Source: Firmicutes bacterium ADurb.Bin248
GTDB taxonomy: Bacteria; Bacillota; Clostridia; Christensenellales; CAG-138
DNA: 64,000 nucleotides
NCBI GenBank assembly: GCA_002069725.1
Contig: MWBW01000006.1
Coordinates: 15,974 to 79,973, forward strand
Direction: 5' to 3'
Of this stretch, positions 20,751-31,400 are shown in pieces. Numbering within the stretch: the stretch's first letter is position 1; each line of letters opens with the position of its first letter. The position numbers and the translations under genes are program-made. The notes under the pieces were generated by a model, which was not told the origin of the DNA, did no database searches, and saw nothing but the letters and a program-made list of their open reading frames with translations.

Positions 20751-21869
20751 CTATTTCTCCCTTGTCCATGCCTCCGACGCCATTTTTTTCAGATCGCCGA
20801 GGATGTCGATGCCCTGCGGGCACATGGGCACGCACGCGCCGCACGCGACGCACTTGTCCGCGCGCGAATCGGCGGAAGTGAACAGATAGTCCCCGCGCGA
20901 GGCGGCCCCGTTCTGATAGCGCGCGTATTCGTTCCAGATCGAGAACATATGCGGGATGTTCACGCCGTTGGGGCAGGGCATGCAGTAGCGGCAGCCCGTG
21001 CAGCTGTTGTTCGTGCGCCTGGCGAGCGCCTCTGCCACCTGCGCGACCGCCTGCTTCTCGGCCGCGTTCAGGGGCCGATGCGCGGCGAACGTGGCGAGGT
21101 TGTCCTCGAGCTGCGCGCGGCTGCTCATGCCGCTGAGCACGACCTTCGCGTTGCCGTAGTCGGCGACGAAGCGCAGCGCCCACAAAGCGTCGGAGGCTTC
21201 CGGCGCGAGCGTCCGGAAGGGAAAAGCGACGTCCTCCGGCAGCGCCGCGAGCGCACCGCCCTTGACGGGCTCCATCACGACGACGCCGACGCCCAGTTCC
21301 TCGGCGAGCAAAAATCCCTTTTCGCCCGCCTGGTCCTGCGTATCCATATAGTTGAACTGGAGCTGGCAGAAGTCCCACTTGCGCGCGCGCAGGATCTCCT
21401 CAAACTCCGCATAGCCGCCGTGGAACGAGAAGCCGAGCTTCCTGATGCGGCCCTGCCTCTGGTATTCCTCGAAGAGCGGAATGAGATCGAGCTTGTTGAC
21501 CTTCTCCCAGCGCGCGCCGTTGAGCGCGTGGATGAGATAAAAGTCGACGTAGTCCGAGCGCAGATTCTTCAGCTGGAACTCGAATATCCCCTTCGCGTCC
21601 TCGAGCGACTCCGGCTTCCACGAAGGGAACTTCGTCGCAACATGGAACGAATCGCGCGAAAGCGTGCCGAGCACCCTGCCCACGAAGGGCTCGCTCTCCA
21701 TGCCGTGGTAGTTGTAGGCCGTATCGAAATAGTTCACGCCGCCTTCGTAGGCGCGAAGGAGCAGGGCTTGCGCCTCCGCCTCGTCGATATGCCCGTCTTT
21801 GGTGGGGAAACGCATGCAGCCGTATCCGAGCGCGGATACGTTGATTCCCGCGAGATCGCGATAGAACAT
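20751..21869 (-). CDS. Aldo/keto reductase with C-terminal 4Fe-4S cluster-binding domain
   Basis: ATG 21869 has a GAGGTG RBS. AKR start LGYGCMRF...YFDTAYNY. C-terminal Cys clusters CTGCRYCMPCP and CVACGACVPMCP. Confidence 0.85.
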   Translation of the reverse strand: MFYRDLAGINVSALGYGCMRFPTKDGHIDEAEAQALLLRAYEGGVNYFDTAYNYHGMESEPFVGRVLGTLSRDSFHVATKFPSWKPESLEDAKGIFEFQLKNLRSDYVDFYLIHALNGARWEKVNKLDLIPLFEEYQRQGRIRKLGFSFHGGYAEFEEILRARKWDFCQLQFNYMDTQDQAGEKGFLLAEELGVGVVVMEPVKGGALAALPEDVAFPFRTLAPEASDALWALRFVADYGNAKVVLSGMSSRAQLEDNLATFAAHRPLNAAEKQAVAQVAEALARRTNNSCTGCRYCMPCPNGVNIPHMFSIWNEYARYQNGAASRGDYLFTSADSRADKCVACGACVPMCPQGIDILGDLKKMASEAWTREK

Positions 21870-21921
21870 GTCGCACCTCATATCTGTAAGATGGATTTAT
21901 TGTATCACCGATGGCGCGAAT

Positions 21922-21949
21922 AAAAAAGCCCCCGCTTGTTCGCGGAGGC
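21922..21949 (-). terminator. Rho-independent terminator after rubrerythrin
   Basis: Minus strand: GCCTCCGC-gaacaa-GCGGGGGC followed by TTTTTTATT. Confidence 0.65.
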
Positions 21950-21964
21950 TTGAGCGTGTCAATC

Positions 21965-22507
21965 TCAATAATTCTCGGCCTTGATCTCGAAGTAGGCCTG
22001 CGGGTGCGCGCACACGGGGCAGAGCTTGGGCGCGTTCTCGCCGATGTGTATGTGGCCGCAGTTGCCGCACTTCCAGACGTAAACGCCGTTGCGGGCGAAC
22101 ACCTTGCCTTCCTCGATGTTGGCGAGCAGCTTGCGATAGCGCTCCTCGTGACCCTTTTCTATTTTTGCGACACCTTCCATGAGCGCCGCGATCTGCTCGA
22201 AGCCTTCCTCGCGCGCGATTTTCGCGAAGCCCGCGTACATGTCTGTCCATTCGTAGTTCTCGCCCGCGGCGGCATCCTTGAGGTTGTCCGTGGTGGCGGG
22301 CACAGCGCCGCCGTGCAGGAACTTGAACCACAGTTTGGCGTGCTCCTTCTCGTTGGCGGCCGTCTCGTCAAAGATGTCCGCGATCTGGTTGTAGCCATCC
22401 TTGCGCGCCTGCGAGGCGTAGTAGTTGTACTTGGTCCTCGCCTGCGCTTCGCCCGAGAAGGCGGTCTGGAGGTTCGCCTCGGTCTTGGTTCCTTTGAGTT
22501 CTTTCAT
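21965..22507 (-). CDS. rbr: Rubrerythrin
   Basis: 180 aa starting at ATG 22507. Di-iron four-helix region (EKEH, EERY) and C-terminal rubredoxin-like CGNCGH...CPVCAH. Confidence 0.93.
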   Translation of the reverse strand: MKELKGTKTEANLQTAFSGEAQARTKYNYYASQARKDGYNQIADIFDETAANEKEHAKLWFKFLHGGAVPATTDNLKDAAAGENYEWTDMYAGFAKIAREEGFEQIAALMEGVAKIEKGHEERYRKLLANIEEGKVFARNGVYVWKCGNCGHIHIGENAPKLCPVCAHPQAYFEIKAENY

Positions 22508-22914
22508 GATGGTTCTCCTTTCAGAATTGTATCTTGTTGTGATTCCCGACATTGTTTGCATACGCCCGCAAAGAGCATCAGCACGCTGGAAACCTGAATT
22601 TCGTCCTGCCCGTTGGCGGCGGCGCACACGTCGGGCATATCGTCCGTGAAAATGTCCACGGTGCGCCCGCATTCGGAGCAGACCGCATGGTAATGCTCGC
22701 TCGTGTTGCCGTCGAACCTGTCGGGGCCGCTCTTGGCGTGGATGCGCAGTATCATGCCGTGCGCGGCGAGCTGATTCAGGTCGCGGTAGACCGTGGCTAA
22801 GCTGATGCCCGGGTTTTCGGGCTTGATCATGGAGTAGAGCTCCTCGGCGGTGGGGTGCGAGCGGGTCGAGCGGAGCGCGCCCAGTATGACTTCGCGCTGG
22901 CGGGAATAGATCAT
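22504..22914 (-). CDS. perR: Fur-family peroxide-type repressor (PerR-like)
   Basis: Winged-helix N-domain ([13 protein letters not shown]), HYH, and CxxC pairs CSEC and CKQC. The stop overlaps the rbr ATG (ATGA). Confidence 0.8.
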   Translation of the reverse strand: MIYSRQREVILGALRSTRSHPTAEELYSMIKPENPGISLATVYRDLNQLAAHGMILRIHAKSGPDRFDGNTSEHYHAVCSECGRTVDIFTDDMPDVCAAANGQDEIQVSSVLMLFAGVCKQCRESQQDTILKGEPS

Positions 22915-22937
22915 ATGAACGCCCTCCGTTTCTAAAT

Positions 22938-22964
22938 CGATAACAATTACTAATCTTAATTATA
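22938..22964 (-). promoter_or_regulatory. Candidate Fur/PerR box next to a TATAAT -10 upstream of perR-rbr
   Basis: Plus strand CGATAACAATTACTAATC (22938-22955) resembles the 7-1-7 box TGATAATNATTATCA (5/7 + 5/7). A minus-strand TATAAT lies at 22959-22964. Confidence 0.4.
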
Positions 22965-23018
22965 TATAAACCGGATGAAATGTCAAGGCTTGCGCGCGAT
23001 ATTTTTTGCGCGGCCGGA

Positions 23019-23042
23019 TAAAAAAAGCCGCCCGAAGGCGGC
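23019..23042 (-). terminator. Rho-independent terminator after the CotF-like gene
   Basis: Minus strand: GCCGCC-ttcg-GGCGGC followed by TTTTTTTAT. Confidence 0.7.
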
Positions 23043-23062
23043 ATTCCGGTGCGCCGGGTCTG

Positions 23063-23851
23063 TCAGCAGTACATGCCGTTGGCGGACATGTATTTGTAGA
23101 TCTGGTCGCCGTGCTGCTGCTCTTCCTTTTGGATGTGGTTGAGCACGTTGCGCACGTTGCTATCCGAGAACTCGAAAATGCACGTGTTGTAGGTGGAGGA
23201 AACGTGCTTTTCGGTGGAGAGCGCGTCGGAGCAGAGGTAAGCGTCCTTTTGCTTTTCCTGCGCGGAACAGTTGGACGGCTTGAACTGCATGTTTTGCTGG
23301 GAGCCGCTTTGCTGCTGGGAGCCGCCCTGCTGGGCGTTCATGCCCTGTTGGGAGCCGCCTTGCTGGGCGTTCATGCCCTGCTGTGAGCCGCTTTGCTGCT
23401 GGGCGTTCATGCCCTGCTGGGAGCCGCTTTGCTGCTGGGCGTTCATACCCTGCTGGGAACCGCCCTGCTGGGCGTTCATGCCCTGCTGGGAGCCGCTTTG
23501 CTGGGAGCCGCCCTGCGCCTGCATGGACTGCTGCGAACTGCCGCCCTGCGCCTGCATGGGCTGCTGGGAACTGCCGCCCTGCGCCTGCATGGGCTGCTGG
23601 GAACCGCCGCCCTGCATCTGCATGGGCTGCTGGGAACCGCCGCCCTGCGCCTGCATCTGCGGCACCGTGCCGGACGCGATCTGGTCGAGCGTCTGCAGGT
23701 GCTGCTGCTCGCGCTGGCGGATCTGCGAGAACAGGCTTTTAAGCTGCTCGTCGCAGGCTTCGTTGGAGTACTTGGCGTATTTGTCGATGCATAATTGCTC
23801 CTGGGAACGCAGGTCCTTGAGAAGCGTCGACTCTTTTTGGGTCAGTTGCAT
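23063..23851 (-). CDS. Spore coat protein F (CotF)-family protein with a 124-residue Gln/Gly/Ser-rich repeat insert
   Basis: GAGGTG RBS. The N-terminal (LKDLRSQEQLCIDKYAKYSNEA) and C-terminal (STEKHVSSTYNTCIFEFSDSNVRNVLNHIQKEEQQH) halves look like a Coat-F domain split by the repeat. Confidence 0.75.
   Translation of the reverse strand: MQLTQKESTLLKDLRSQEQLCIDKYAKYSNEACDEQLKSLFSQIRQREQQHLQTLDQIASGTVPQMQAQGGGSQQPMQMQGGGSQQPMQAQGGSSQQPMQAQGGSSQQSMQAQGGSQQSGSQQGMNAQQGGSQQGMNAQQQSGSQQGMNAQQQSGSQQGMNAQQGGSQQGMNAQQGGSQQQSGSQQNMQFKPSNCSAQEKQKDAYLCSDALSTEKHVSSTYNTCIFEFSDSNVRNVLNHIQKEEQQHGDQIYKYMSANGMYC
23285..23656 (-). repeat. About 11 imperfect tandem 33-36 nt units encoding MQAQGGSSQQP / MNAQQGGSQQG
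   Basis: Read directly from the translation and from the DNA (ctgctgggagccgccctgctgggcgttcatgcc... reiterated). Confidence 0.9.
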
Positions 23852-23933
23852 ATCATCACCTCGCGTCTATTATGAGACGCGGGATGGGGCGTTATGCCTC
23901 AATTTCGCATGGGACGGCATCCAAGTAATGCCA

Positions 23934-23955
23934 ATAAAAAACGCCCTCGCGGGCG
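23934..23955 (-). terminator. Rho-independent terminator after the cupin gene
   Basis: Minus strand: CGCCC-gcga-GGGCG followed by TTTTTTATT. Confidence 0.65.
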
Positions 23956-23969
23956 GGTGGGACTTTTTG

Positions 23970-24656
23970 TCAACGCTTAGGGCATTCCGCTTCGGGCTTC
24001 GCCGCCGGACGCTCCGCGACGGTTTTTGCCGCCGGACGTTCCGCGACGGGCTTCGCCGCCGGACGCTCTGCGACGGTTTTTGCCGCCGGACGTTCCGCGA
24101 CGGGCTTCGTCGCCGGACGCTCCGCAGCGGGCTTCGCCGCCGTATGTTTCACAACGGGCTTTGCAGTGTTGGGGCTCATTGCCGGCCTCGATGTTTTAAG
24201 CTGCGCATTGGGCATGGCGGCCCTGCGCTCGGCGGCTATGGCATCCGCTTTGGTGGCGAGCAGCTCTCCCCTGGGATGCAGCGGCGGCGCGTAGATCGTG
24301 AACAGCTTGAGAGGCGCGCTGCCCGTGTTGACGATGTTATGCCAGGTTCCCGCGGGCACCTGCACGGCGTAACCCTTGGCGATGTTGCGCTGAAGGTCCA
24401 GCTTCTCCCTGCAATCGCCCATCATGACCTTTGCGCGCCCGCATTCGATGTAGATGAACTGGTCGGAGGTCGGGTGCACCTCGAGGCCGATGTCGGAGCC
24501 GACGGGGATGCTCATGAGCGTCGTTTGTAGATGCTTGCCGGTCCAGACCACCGCGCGGAAGTTCTGGTTCTGCTCGGCGGATTGCGCGATGTCGATGATG
24601 TAGGGTTCGTTGCCGTGATCCGGGGATTTCGGGGCGCGGGGGGGCTGGCGGTACAT
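23970..24656 (-). CDS. Cupin-domain protein with a C-terminal Ala/Pro/Lys nonapeptide repeat tail
   Basis: ATG 24656 has an AAAGGAG RBS. Cupin core GLEVHPTSDQFIYIECGRAKV...VQVPAGTWHNIVNTG. Tail is (V/A)AERPAAK(P/T) x5. Confidence 0.8.
   Translation of the reverse strand: MYRQPPRAPKSPDHGNEPYIIDIAQSAEQNQNFRAVVWTGKHLQTTLMSIPVGSDIGLEVHPTSDQFIYIECGRAKVMMGDCREKLDLQRNIAKGYAVQVPAGTWHNIVNTGSAPLKLFTIYAPPLHPRGELLATKADAIAAERRAAMPNAQLKTSRPAMSPNTAKPVVKHTAAKPAAERPATKPVAERPAAKTVAERPAAKPVAERPAAKTVAERPAAKPEAECPKR
23994..24128 (-). repeat. Five tandem 27-nt units (alternating pair giving a 54-nt period) encoding VAERPAAKP/T
   Basis: Direct reading of the DNA (cttcgccgccggacgctccgcgacggtttttgccgccggacgttccgcgacgg...) and the protein. 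Confidence 0.9.
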
Positions 24657-24685
24657 GGCGGCGCTCCTTTCGGGAAAATCTGGTA

Positions 24686-24713
24686 TAGTATATGCATCCC
24701 GTACCGCGCCTGT
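24686..24713 (-). promoter_or_regulatory. Sigma-K-type promoter candidate for the cupin gene
   Basis: Minus strand: AC, 17 nt spacer, CATATACTA (24694-24686). This matches AC-N16/17-CATANNNTA and ends 30 nt upstream of the ATG. Confidence 0.35.
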
Positions 24714-24720
24714 TCCCCGG

Positions 24721-24752
24721 TAAGAAAACGGGTCTGCGCACTTCGCAGACCC
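24721..24752 (-). terminator. Rho-independent terminator after the 61-aa ORF
   Basis: Minus strand: GGGTCTGCG-aagtg-CGCAGACCC followed by GTTTTCTTA. Confidence 0.65.
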
Positions 24753-24760
24753 GCGCCCGA

Positions 24761-24946
24761 TCAGCGGCCTAAATTGTCGACAAACGCTCTCATTTCCTTC
24801 TTGGAGCCTATGGAGTGCGTCCGGTCGATGATGGCCTGCTGCTCCGTGCCCGACAGGCTGGTGAAGTGGCGCATTGCCTGAAGGTTTTGCGCCAGCGCCA
24901 TGCCCAAACCGAGAGGGAGTTCCGGGCCTTCCGAATTCCACTGCAT
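24761..24946 (-). CDS. Small hypothetical protein (61 aa)
   Basis: ATG 24946 with a GAGGTG RBS and its own terminator. Sequence MQWNSEGPELPLGLGMALAQNLQAMRHF...KKEMRAFVDNLGR. No family recognised. Confidence 0.55.
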   Translation of the reverse strand: MQWNSEGPELPLGLGMALAQNLQAMRHFTSLSGTEQQAIIDRTHSIGSKKEMRAFVDNLGR

Positions 24947-25098
24947 CTCAATCACCTCGGCATTATTGTTTGCCAAGCCCAAACAAAGGATACGAACCAT
25001 ATGAAGGCAACACAGAGAGCGTGCGTACTGCGTAAACAGAAAAAGGTTCTTCGGCCGGAACGCCGCGGCATGACAATGCCCCGCGCCGCAAAGAATTG

Positions 25099-26979
<1,881 letters not shown>

Positions 26980-27038
26980 GCGTCGGCTCCTTTCTTCGTC
27001 TCGGCGTCGCGCCGTGAACCATCGGCGCTTTTTGATAA

Positions 27039-27071
27039 GAATAGCATCCCTTTGCGCAAAGGATGCTATTC
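27039..27071. terminator. Near-perfect palindromic hairpin between the hydrolase gene and the yyaL-like gene
   Basis: GAATAGCATCC-ctttgcgcaaa-GGATGCTATTC. The inner TTTGC/GCAAA also pairs. Confidence 0.5.
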
Positions 27072-27093
27072 AGACGCATATTTTTCAAGGAAT

Positions 27094-28230
27094 TTACAAT
27101 TCCATGCATCCGAGCCCGACGTTGGGTGCGTCCTCTCCCGCGAGGGCGCGGGCGATCCATTCGGCGACGGAGATTCCGTCCGCCCTGTGGCCGTAGAGGG
27201 CCGGGGTCACGCGCGCGATGGTGTGCGCCGTACCGCCCGTTTTTTCGATAAGACCGTAGTTGTAGATATACGCGCGGAACGCCGGGATTTCTTGCAGCAG
27301 CGCGCGCAGGGCTTCGCGAAGATGAACGTGAAAGCGCTCCGTCGCCTCGCGCGAAGGCTTGAACGGGCCGCCCGCGAGCTTGCTCTCGTACTGCGAGAGC
27401 GTCTCGTCGTAGGGGGAAACCGAAAAAAGGCAGGTCACGCCGCCGCCGAGCCGCCTGTTGAGATCGATCAGCCAGTCCCGCATGAGCTGCCCGTCGTCCG
27501 CAAGGCAGTCCCTATGGCGCGCTTCGGTCTTCCAGGTATCCCGGAGGATCTCCTTCCAGCCCGGATAACACATCTGGCCCCCGTCGACATACAGGACAAA
27601 ACGCCCGCACTTGGGGAAGAGCGGCGCGAGTTCCGCCGTCCACGCGGCCGCCGCGAAAGCGCCCGCGCTCTCCCCGCCGATGAACACGGTTTCCGCTTCG
27701 AAGAATTCCCTGGGCGCCGCAGCCAGCGCCGCGCGCACGTTCGCGAGGCCGCGATGGTACAGCGTCTTCTCGCGGCGGCCTTCGCGGTAAGGGAACTCGC
27801 TCCGGCCGAGGAAGAAGTCGGCGGTGGCGTAGGGCAGGTAGATCGCGTTATACTCGTCGAGCGGGTTCCGTTCGTCGTCCGCGGCGGCCAGGCCGGTCAT
27901 CCCGATCTCCATGTAGAAGCGCGCGAACGGGAAGTAATAGCATTCCCGGCCGGCGAACAGCCGGAACACCGTCGTCGGGCGCGCGGCGGTATGCTCGTTC
28001 CACGACGCTCCGCCGCCGCTGAAATAAACGGCGGTTTTGTTCGTCGTGCCTTTTTTATAATAGGCGCAGTAGTTTGAGCCGTCGGAGCAGACGCAGCCCG
28101 GCAGCTTCACGCGGTACCAGCGCCTCGTTTTCGGGAAGGCGCCTTTGTAGAACCGCGCTCGCCTGAGGAGCGTATAAAACATAAGAAACGGCGCCGCGAC
28201 AAACGCCAAAAGCCTCGCCAAAAAGATCAT
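27094..28230 (-). CDS. Membrane-anchored alpha/beta serine hydrolase (pectin-acetylesterase-like)
   Basis: ATG 28230 with a GGAGAAAGG RBS. N-terminal TM (LARLLAFVAAPFLMFYTLL), YFSGGGASW, nucleophile elbow GGESAG. Confidence 0.65.
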   Translation of the reverse strand: MIFLARLLAFVAAPFLMFYTLLRRARFYKGAFPKTRRWYRVKLPGCVCSDGSNYCAYYKKGTTNKTAVYFSGGGASWNEHTAARPTTVFRLFAGRECYYFPFARFYMEIGMTGLAAADDERNPLDEYNAIYLPYATADFFLGRSEFPYREGRREKTLYHRGLANVRAALAAAPREFFEAETVFIGGESAGAFAAAAWTAELAPLFPKCGRFVLYVDGGQMCYPGWKEILRDTWKTEARHRDCLADDGQLMRDWLIDLNRRLGGGVTCLFSVSPYDETLSQYESKLAGGPFKPSREATERFHVHLREALRALLQEIPAFRAYIYNYGLIEKTGGTAHTIARVTPALYGHRADGISVAEWIARALAGEDAPNVGLGCMEL

Positions 28231-28390
28231 TGCGTTTCCTTTCTCCGAGGTGCGGCGGCATGGCCGCGCACAATAAACCGAACGCTTCGCCACGCCCGCC
28301 CCCGATTCGGTTATTCCCATCCCGGATGATATTGCATCCGCGCGCGCGCGTCAAGGGGTGCGGCCATGACGGTCCCCAAATTTTTCCGAT

Positions 28391-28418
28391 AGAGAAAAGC
28401 CCGCCTGATCCGGCGGGC
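28391..28418 (-). terminator. Rho-independent terminator after the adhesin gene
   Basis: Minus strand: GCCCGCC-ggatca-GGCGGGC followed by TTTTCTCT. Confidence 0.65.
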
Positions 28419-28435
28419 TTGGGTTCGGGGTTCGT

Positions 28436-31400
28436 TCAGCCGCGCCTGCGCCTGAGCGCGAACAGGAGCGTCAGCGCGCCCGAAAGGAGCAGCGCGAAGC
28501 CCGCGTTCGAAAACGCGTCGCCCGTCTCGGGCGGGAATGAAACGGCGATGTTGACGACGGTGTAGGGGGCGGGCCTGTTGATTCCGGTATCCGCCACGCG
28601 CACCAGCGCGGTCGTGCCGGAAACGGCATAGCCCGCGGGCGCGGTGATCTCCTTGACTGTATAGTCGCCGAAGAGCACATCCGTGAATCGCACGACGCCC
28701 GAGGCGTTTGACGTCGCGGTATCGACCAGATACCCGTTCATGTAAAGGCCGAACTTCGCGCCGGCGAGCGGCTTATTGCTCCCGTCTACCTTCATCAGCT
28801 CGATCGTGCCGTAAGCGAGGACGTTGACCATCGCTTCCTCGACGACGGCGTCGGGCAGCACGTTGTCGACGGGATCGACGACGAGGGAAACCATCACGGC
28901 GTCGCGGTTGAGCTTGTATCCGTACGGCGGCGCGAGTTCGCGCACGGCGTAATCTCCCGGCAGCAGGCCGGTGAAGCGGACGACGCCGTTTATTGCGGCG
29001 ACGCTCTGCAGCGGCGTTGCGAACGCCGTGTCGGAAGCGGAGAAGATCTGGAACGCGCCGCCGCTGAGCGGGCGGTCGTATTCGTCCGTCTTATGCAGCA
29101 CGACGGAAGCGCGAAGGCGCACGTCGACGAACGGCGTCGCGATTTCGTATCCGGCATCGTGTTCGTGGCCGGGTCCACGACGAGGGAAACCGGCACGTCG
29201 CTCTCCCAAACCTCGTAGCCGAAGGGCGCTTCGAGCTCGCGCACGACGTAATCGCTCGGCGTGAGATTGTCGAAACGGATGACGCCGCCCGCGGACGCGA
29301 CGCTTTGCAGCGGCGTCGCGAAAGCCGTGTCCGCCGCGCGGAATATCCCGAACAGACCGCCGCTGAGCGCCTTGCCGGTTTCGCCCGCCTTATGCAGTAT
29401 GACGCTGGCCGTGAGGAGTTCGTCCGCGATGGGCTCGACGATCTCCGCGTCGGGCAGCGTGTTGGCCGCGGCGTTCATGACGAGGGAAACCGGCACGCCG
29501 CTCGTCCAGACCTTGTAGCCCAACGGCGCTTCGATCTCGCGCACGATGTAGTCGCCCGGCGCGAGGTTTTCGAAGCGGATGACGCCGCCCGCGGACGCGA
29601 CGCTCTGCAGCGGCGCCGCGAAAGCCGTGTCGGAGGCGCGGAATATCCGGAACAAACCGCCGCTGAGCGGATCGCCGTTCTCATCCGCCTTATGCAGTAT
29701 GACCGCGGCCGTGAGCGGCTCGTTGGCCACGCTCAGCGTCTGGCTGAGGGTTTCCCCTGTTCCGTAGATCGTGACCGGATAAGACGAGGTATCGAGCGCA
29801 TAGCCGAGGGGCGCTTTTTTCTCCCGGATGTAGTAGGTGCGAAGCTTGAGCCTCTGGAACACCGCCCGCCCGTCGACGGTCGTGAGCGTCTGCTTGACGT
29901 TGCCCGAGCTGTCGAGCAGCTCGAACTCCGCGGGCGCGGTGATGACGTTGCCATCGAGGTCCGTCTTGGTGACGGTGATGCTGCCGTTGCGTCCGCTGCC
30001 CGCGGCCGCGAGCGCGGCGTCGGTCACGTATATGTCGGACATCGCCCCGTCGGAATCGTTGTACGCGCCCGTCAGGCTGATCGTGTTGCTGTATCTGCCC
30101 TTTCGGGTTACGTCGGTTTTGAAGTCGAGGCGATAGCCCTGCGCGCCGTCGGGCAGGTCTATGATGAATATGCGCGTGCTGTAATCGTAGGTGAAGCTGT
30201 ACAGCGCGGCGTCGACCTTGTCGCCCAGGCTCATGACGCCGGCCGCATCCTGGTTCCAGTAATACAGCACGACGGATTCGTTGTCCAATTCAAGCCCTTC
30301 CTGCAGCCTGTCCGACAGCCGCGCGTTCATCATGGGCGCCTGGTTCGGGTTGATGAATACGCCCCAGCCGATATATCCCGTGGCCTCGGTGAAATCCTCG
30401 AGTATCGTCTTGACGATGGGCTTGTTGGGCACGACGAACTCCGGCGTTACGGAAACGGTCGGCGCGCCGGCGATGCCTGAGGTGAGAAGCGCGGTGTTGG
30501 GGAAGGTGACGTCCCCGTTCGTGGTAAGAAACACGCCCCAGTTCGCTACGACCGTGTCGAATGTGATGACCGTTTGCCTGTTGATTTCCCCGAGCCTGAC
30601 GGTGAGCGTCGTGCCCGCGGCGTCTATCAGGAGCTTCGCGCCGGGATCGTCCCCGTCGATGCGCAGCGAGCCCGCTACGTATGTCTGACCGGGCTGTATG
30701 AGCTCGGTCACAGTGGCGTCGGGCATGTGCATCTGGTTCTGGTTGAGCGTGATCTCCCAGGAGAACGTTTTGGTTGCGTAGTCGTAATGGGCGCAGCGCT
30801 TTGCGAGCACGGTGCTCGCGACGGTCTGCGTTGCGTTATTGGAGCTGGAGTCCGTCACGCCTCCGCCCTTGAGCGTGACCGATCCGTTGTAATACGTGCC
30901 GCTGTAGTTGTTGGCGTAGTGGTTCGCGTTGGTGACCTGCGTTTTGAAGGTAAGGTACGGATGCGCGGCGGCCGCGAGATCTCCCAGATAGATCGTCAGC
31001 TTCTTGTTCGCGCTGTCGAAGTAATACTGGTTGGGCGCGGACGTCACGTCCGACAGGTTCGCGACGCGCACGAGCGTGGTGTTCGCGCTGCCGTCCCTGC
31101 GCACGATGCCGAAGCTCTCGTAATAGAGCTGGTTGCTGCCGATGGTTTCGGTTACGGTCGCGCCGGTGATCGTGCGCGCGTTTCGGTTGATCTCGATCTC
31201 CCAGGTGATGAGCTGCGTCGCCTTGTCGTAGCCGGCGCCGCGCTTGCGGACCAGGCTCGTCGCGACCGCGACGCTGGGGGATGTCACCGTATACGGCACG
31301 GAGCTGATGTTCAGCGAGGCGGTGTTGGTAAAGCCGGTCTGGTTCTGCTGGGTATAGTACGCGTCGAGAACCTGCGTGGTGAAGGTGATGGTCTGAATCC

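Noticed and set aside
23285-23656. Regular 33-36 nt repeats considered as a possible CRISPR array
   Set aside because: The units are contiguous with no unique spacers. They are imperfect and maintain one open reading frame inside a gene with conserved flanking domains.
23271-24530. 419-aa plus-strand ORF with striking CWEPPCWAFMP repeats
   Set aside because: It is the reverse-strand reading of the Gln-rich repeat of the CotF-like gene and of the cupin gene. It has no start context, and the repeat periodicity is inherited from the real minus-strand coding repeat.
28990-29209. Overlap of the two adhesin ORFs considered as programmed ribosomal frameshifting
   Set aside because: There is no slippery heptamer or downstream pseudoknot at the junction. 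A second independent 1-nt lesion exists at the 5' end of the same gene, so mutation or sequencing error is more parsimonious.
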